From positions 1 through 6,014 of the forward strand of contig NW_021829555.1 of the NCBI RefSeq assembly GCF_006345805.1: DNA of 6,014 nt, written 5' to 3'. This document shows positions 5,964 to 6,014 of this stretch, one piece after another (the stretch's first letter is position 1; each line of letters begins with the position of its first letter). Below the pieces are notes generated by a model. It saw only the letters and a list, made by a program, of their open reading frames with translations. It did no database searches and was not told where the DNA came from. The position numbers and the translations under genes were made by a program. The stretch is from Octopus sinensis (Eukaryota).

Positions 5964-6014
5964 CAGTATTTCTCAAAGGGGAGGCCTATGGGATGGTTGA
6001 ACAAGTTTTGAGAA
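5964..6014. mobile_element. Possible very short hAT-type MITE or TIR pair, cut by the window edge
   Basis: CAGTATTTCTCAAA (5964-5977) resembles hAT MITE termini (CAGTG.TTCTCAA). TTTGAGAA (6007-6014) is the exact reverse complement of 5970-5977. Confidence 0.3.

Noticed and set aside
5659-6011. ORFs 5659..5883 and 5766..6011
   Set aside because: They overlap a microsatellite and the Helitron-like fragment and show no Rep/helicase or transposase motifs.

Overview
Non-coding, repeat-dense eukaryotic DNA with no intact protein-coding gene. The repeat families look like those of octopus/coleoid cephalopod genomes; this is recognition from memory, not a database result. From left to right: the 3' half of a tRNA-derived SINE (family A); the decayed C-terminal GIY-YIG endonuclease and 3' region of a Penelope-like retroelement (PLE), containing a densely base-paired ~220-nt block and a degenerate minimal hammerhead-like motif; a full family-A SINE starting exactly at that motif's predicted cleavage site; a polypurine minisatellite and compound microsatellites; a non-autonomous Helitron-like element (A|TC...CTAG|T); AT-rich unique DNA; an old family-A SINE with a second SINE family nested inside (20-bp TSD) and a third beside it (11-bp TSD); a pair of ungapped 66-bp direct repeats bracketing a second hammerhead-like relic split by (CA)n; a second Helitron-like 5' end; and a possible hAT-type TIR at the window edge. 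Apart from 206..445, the listed ORFs are by-products of repeats or unrecognisable. The best leads are RNA-structural; none has been tested computationally.
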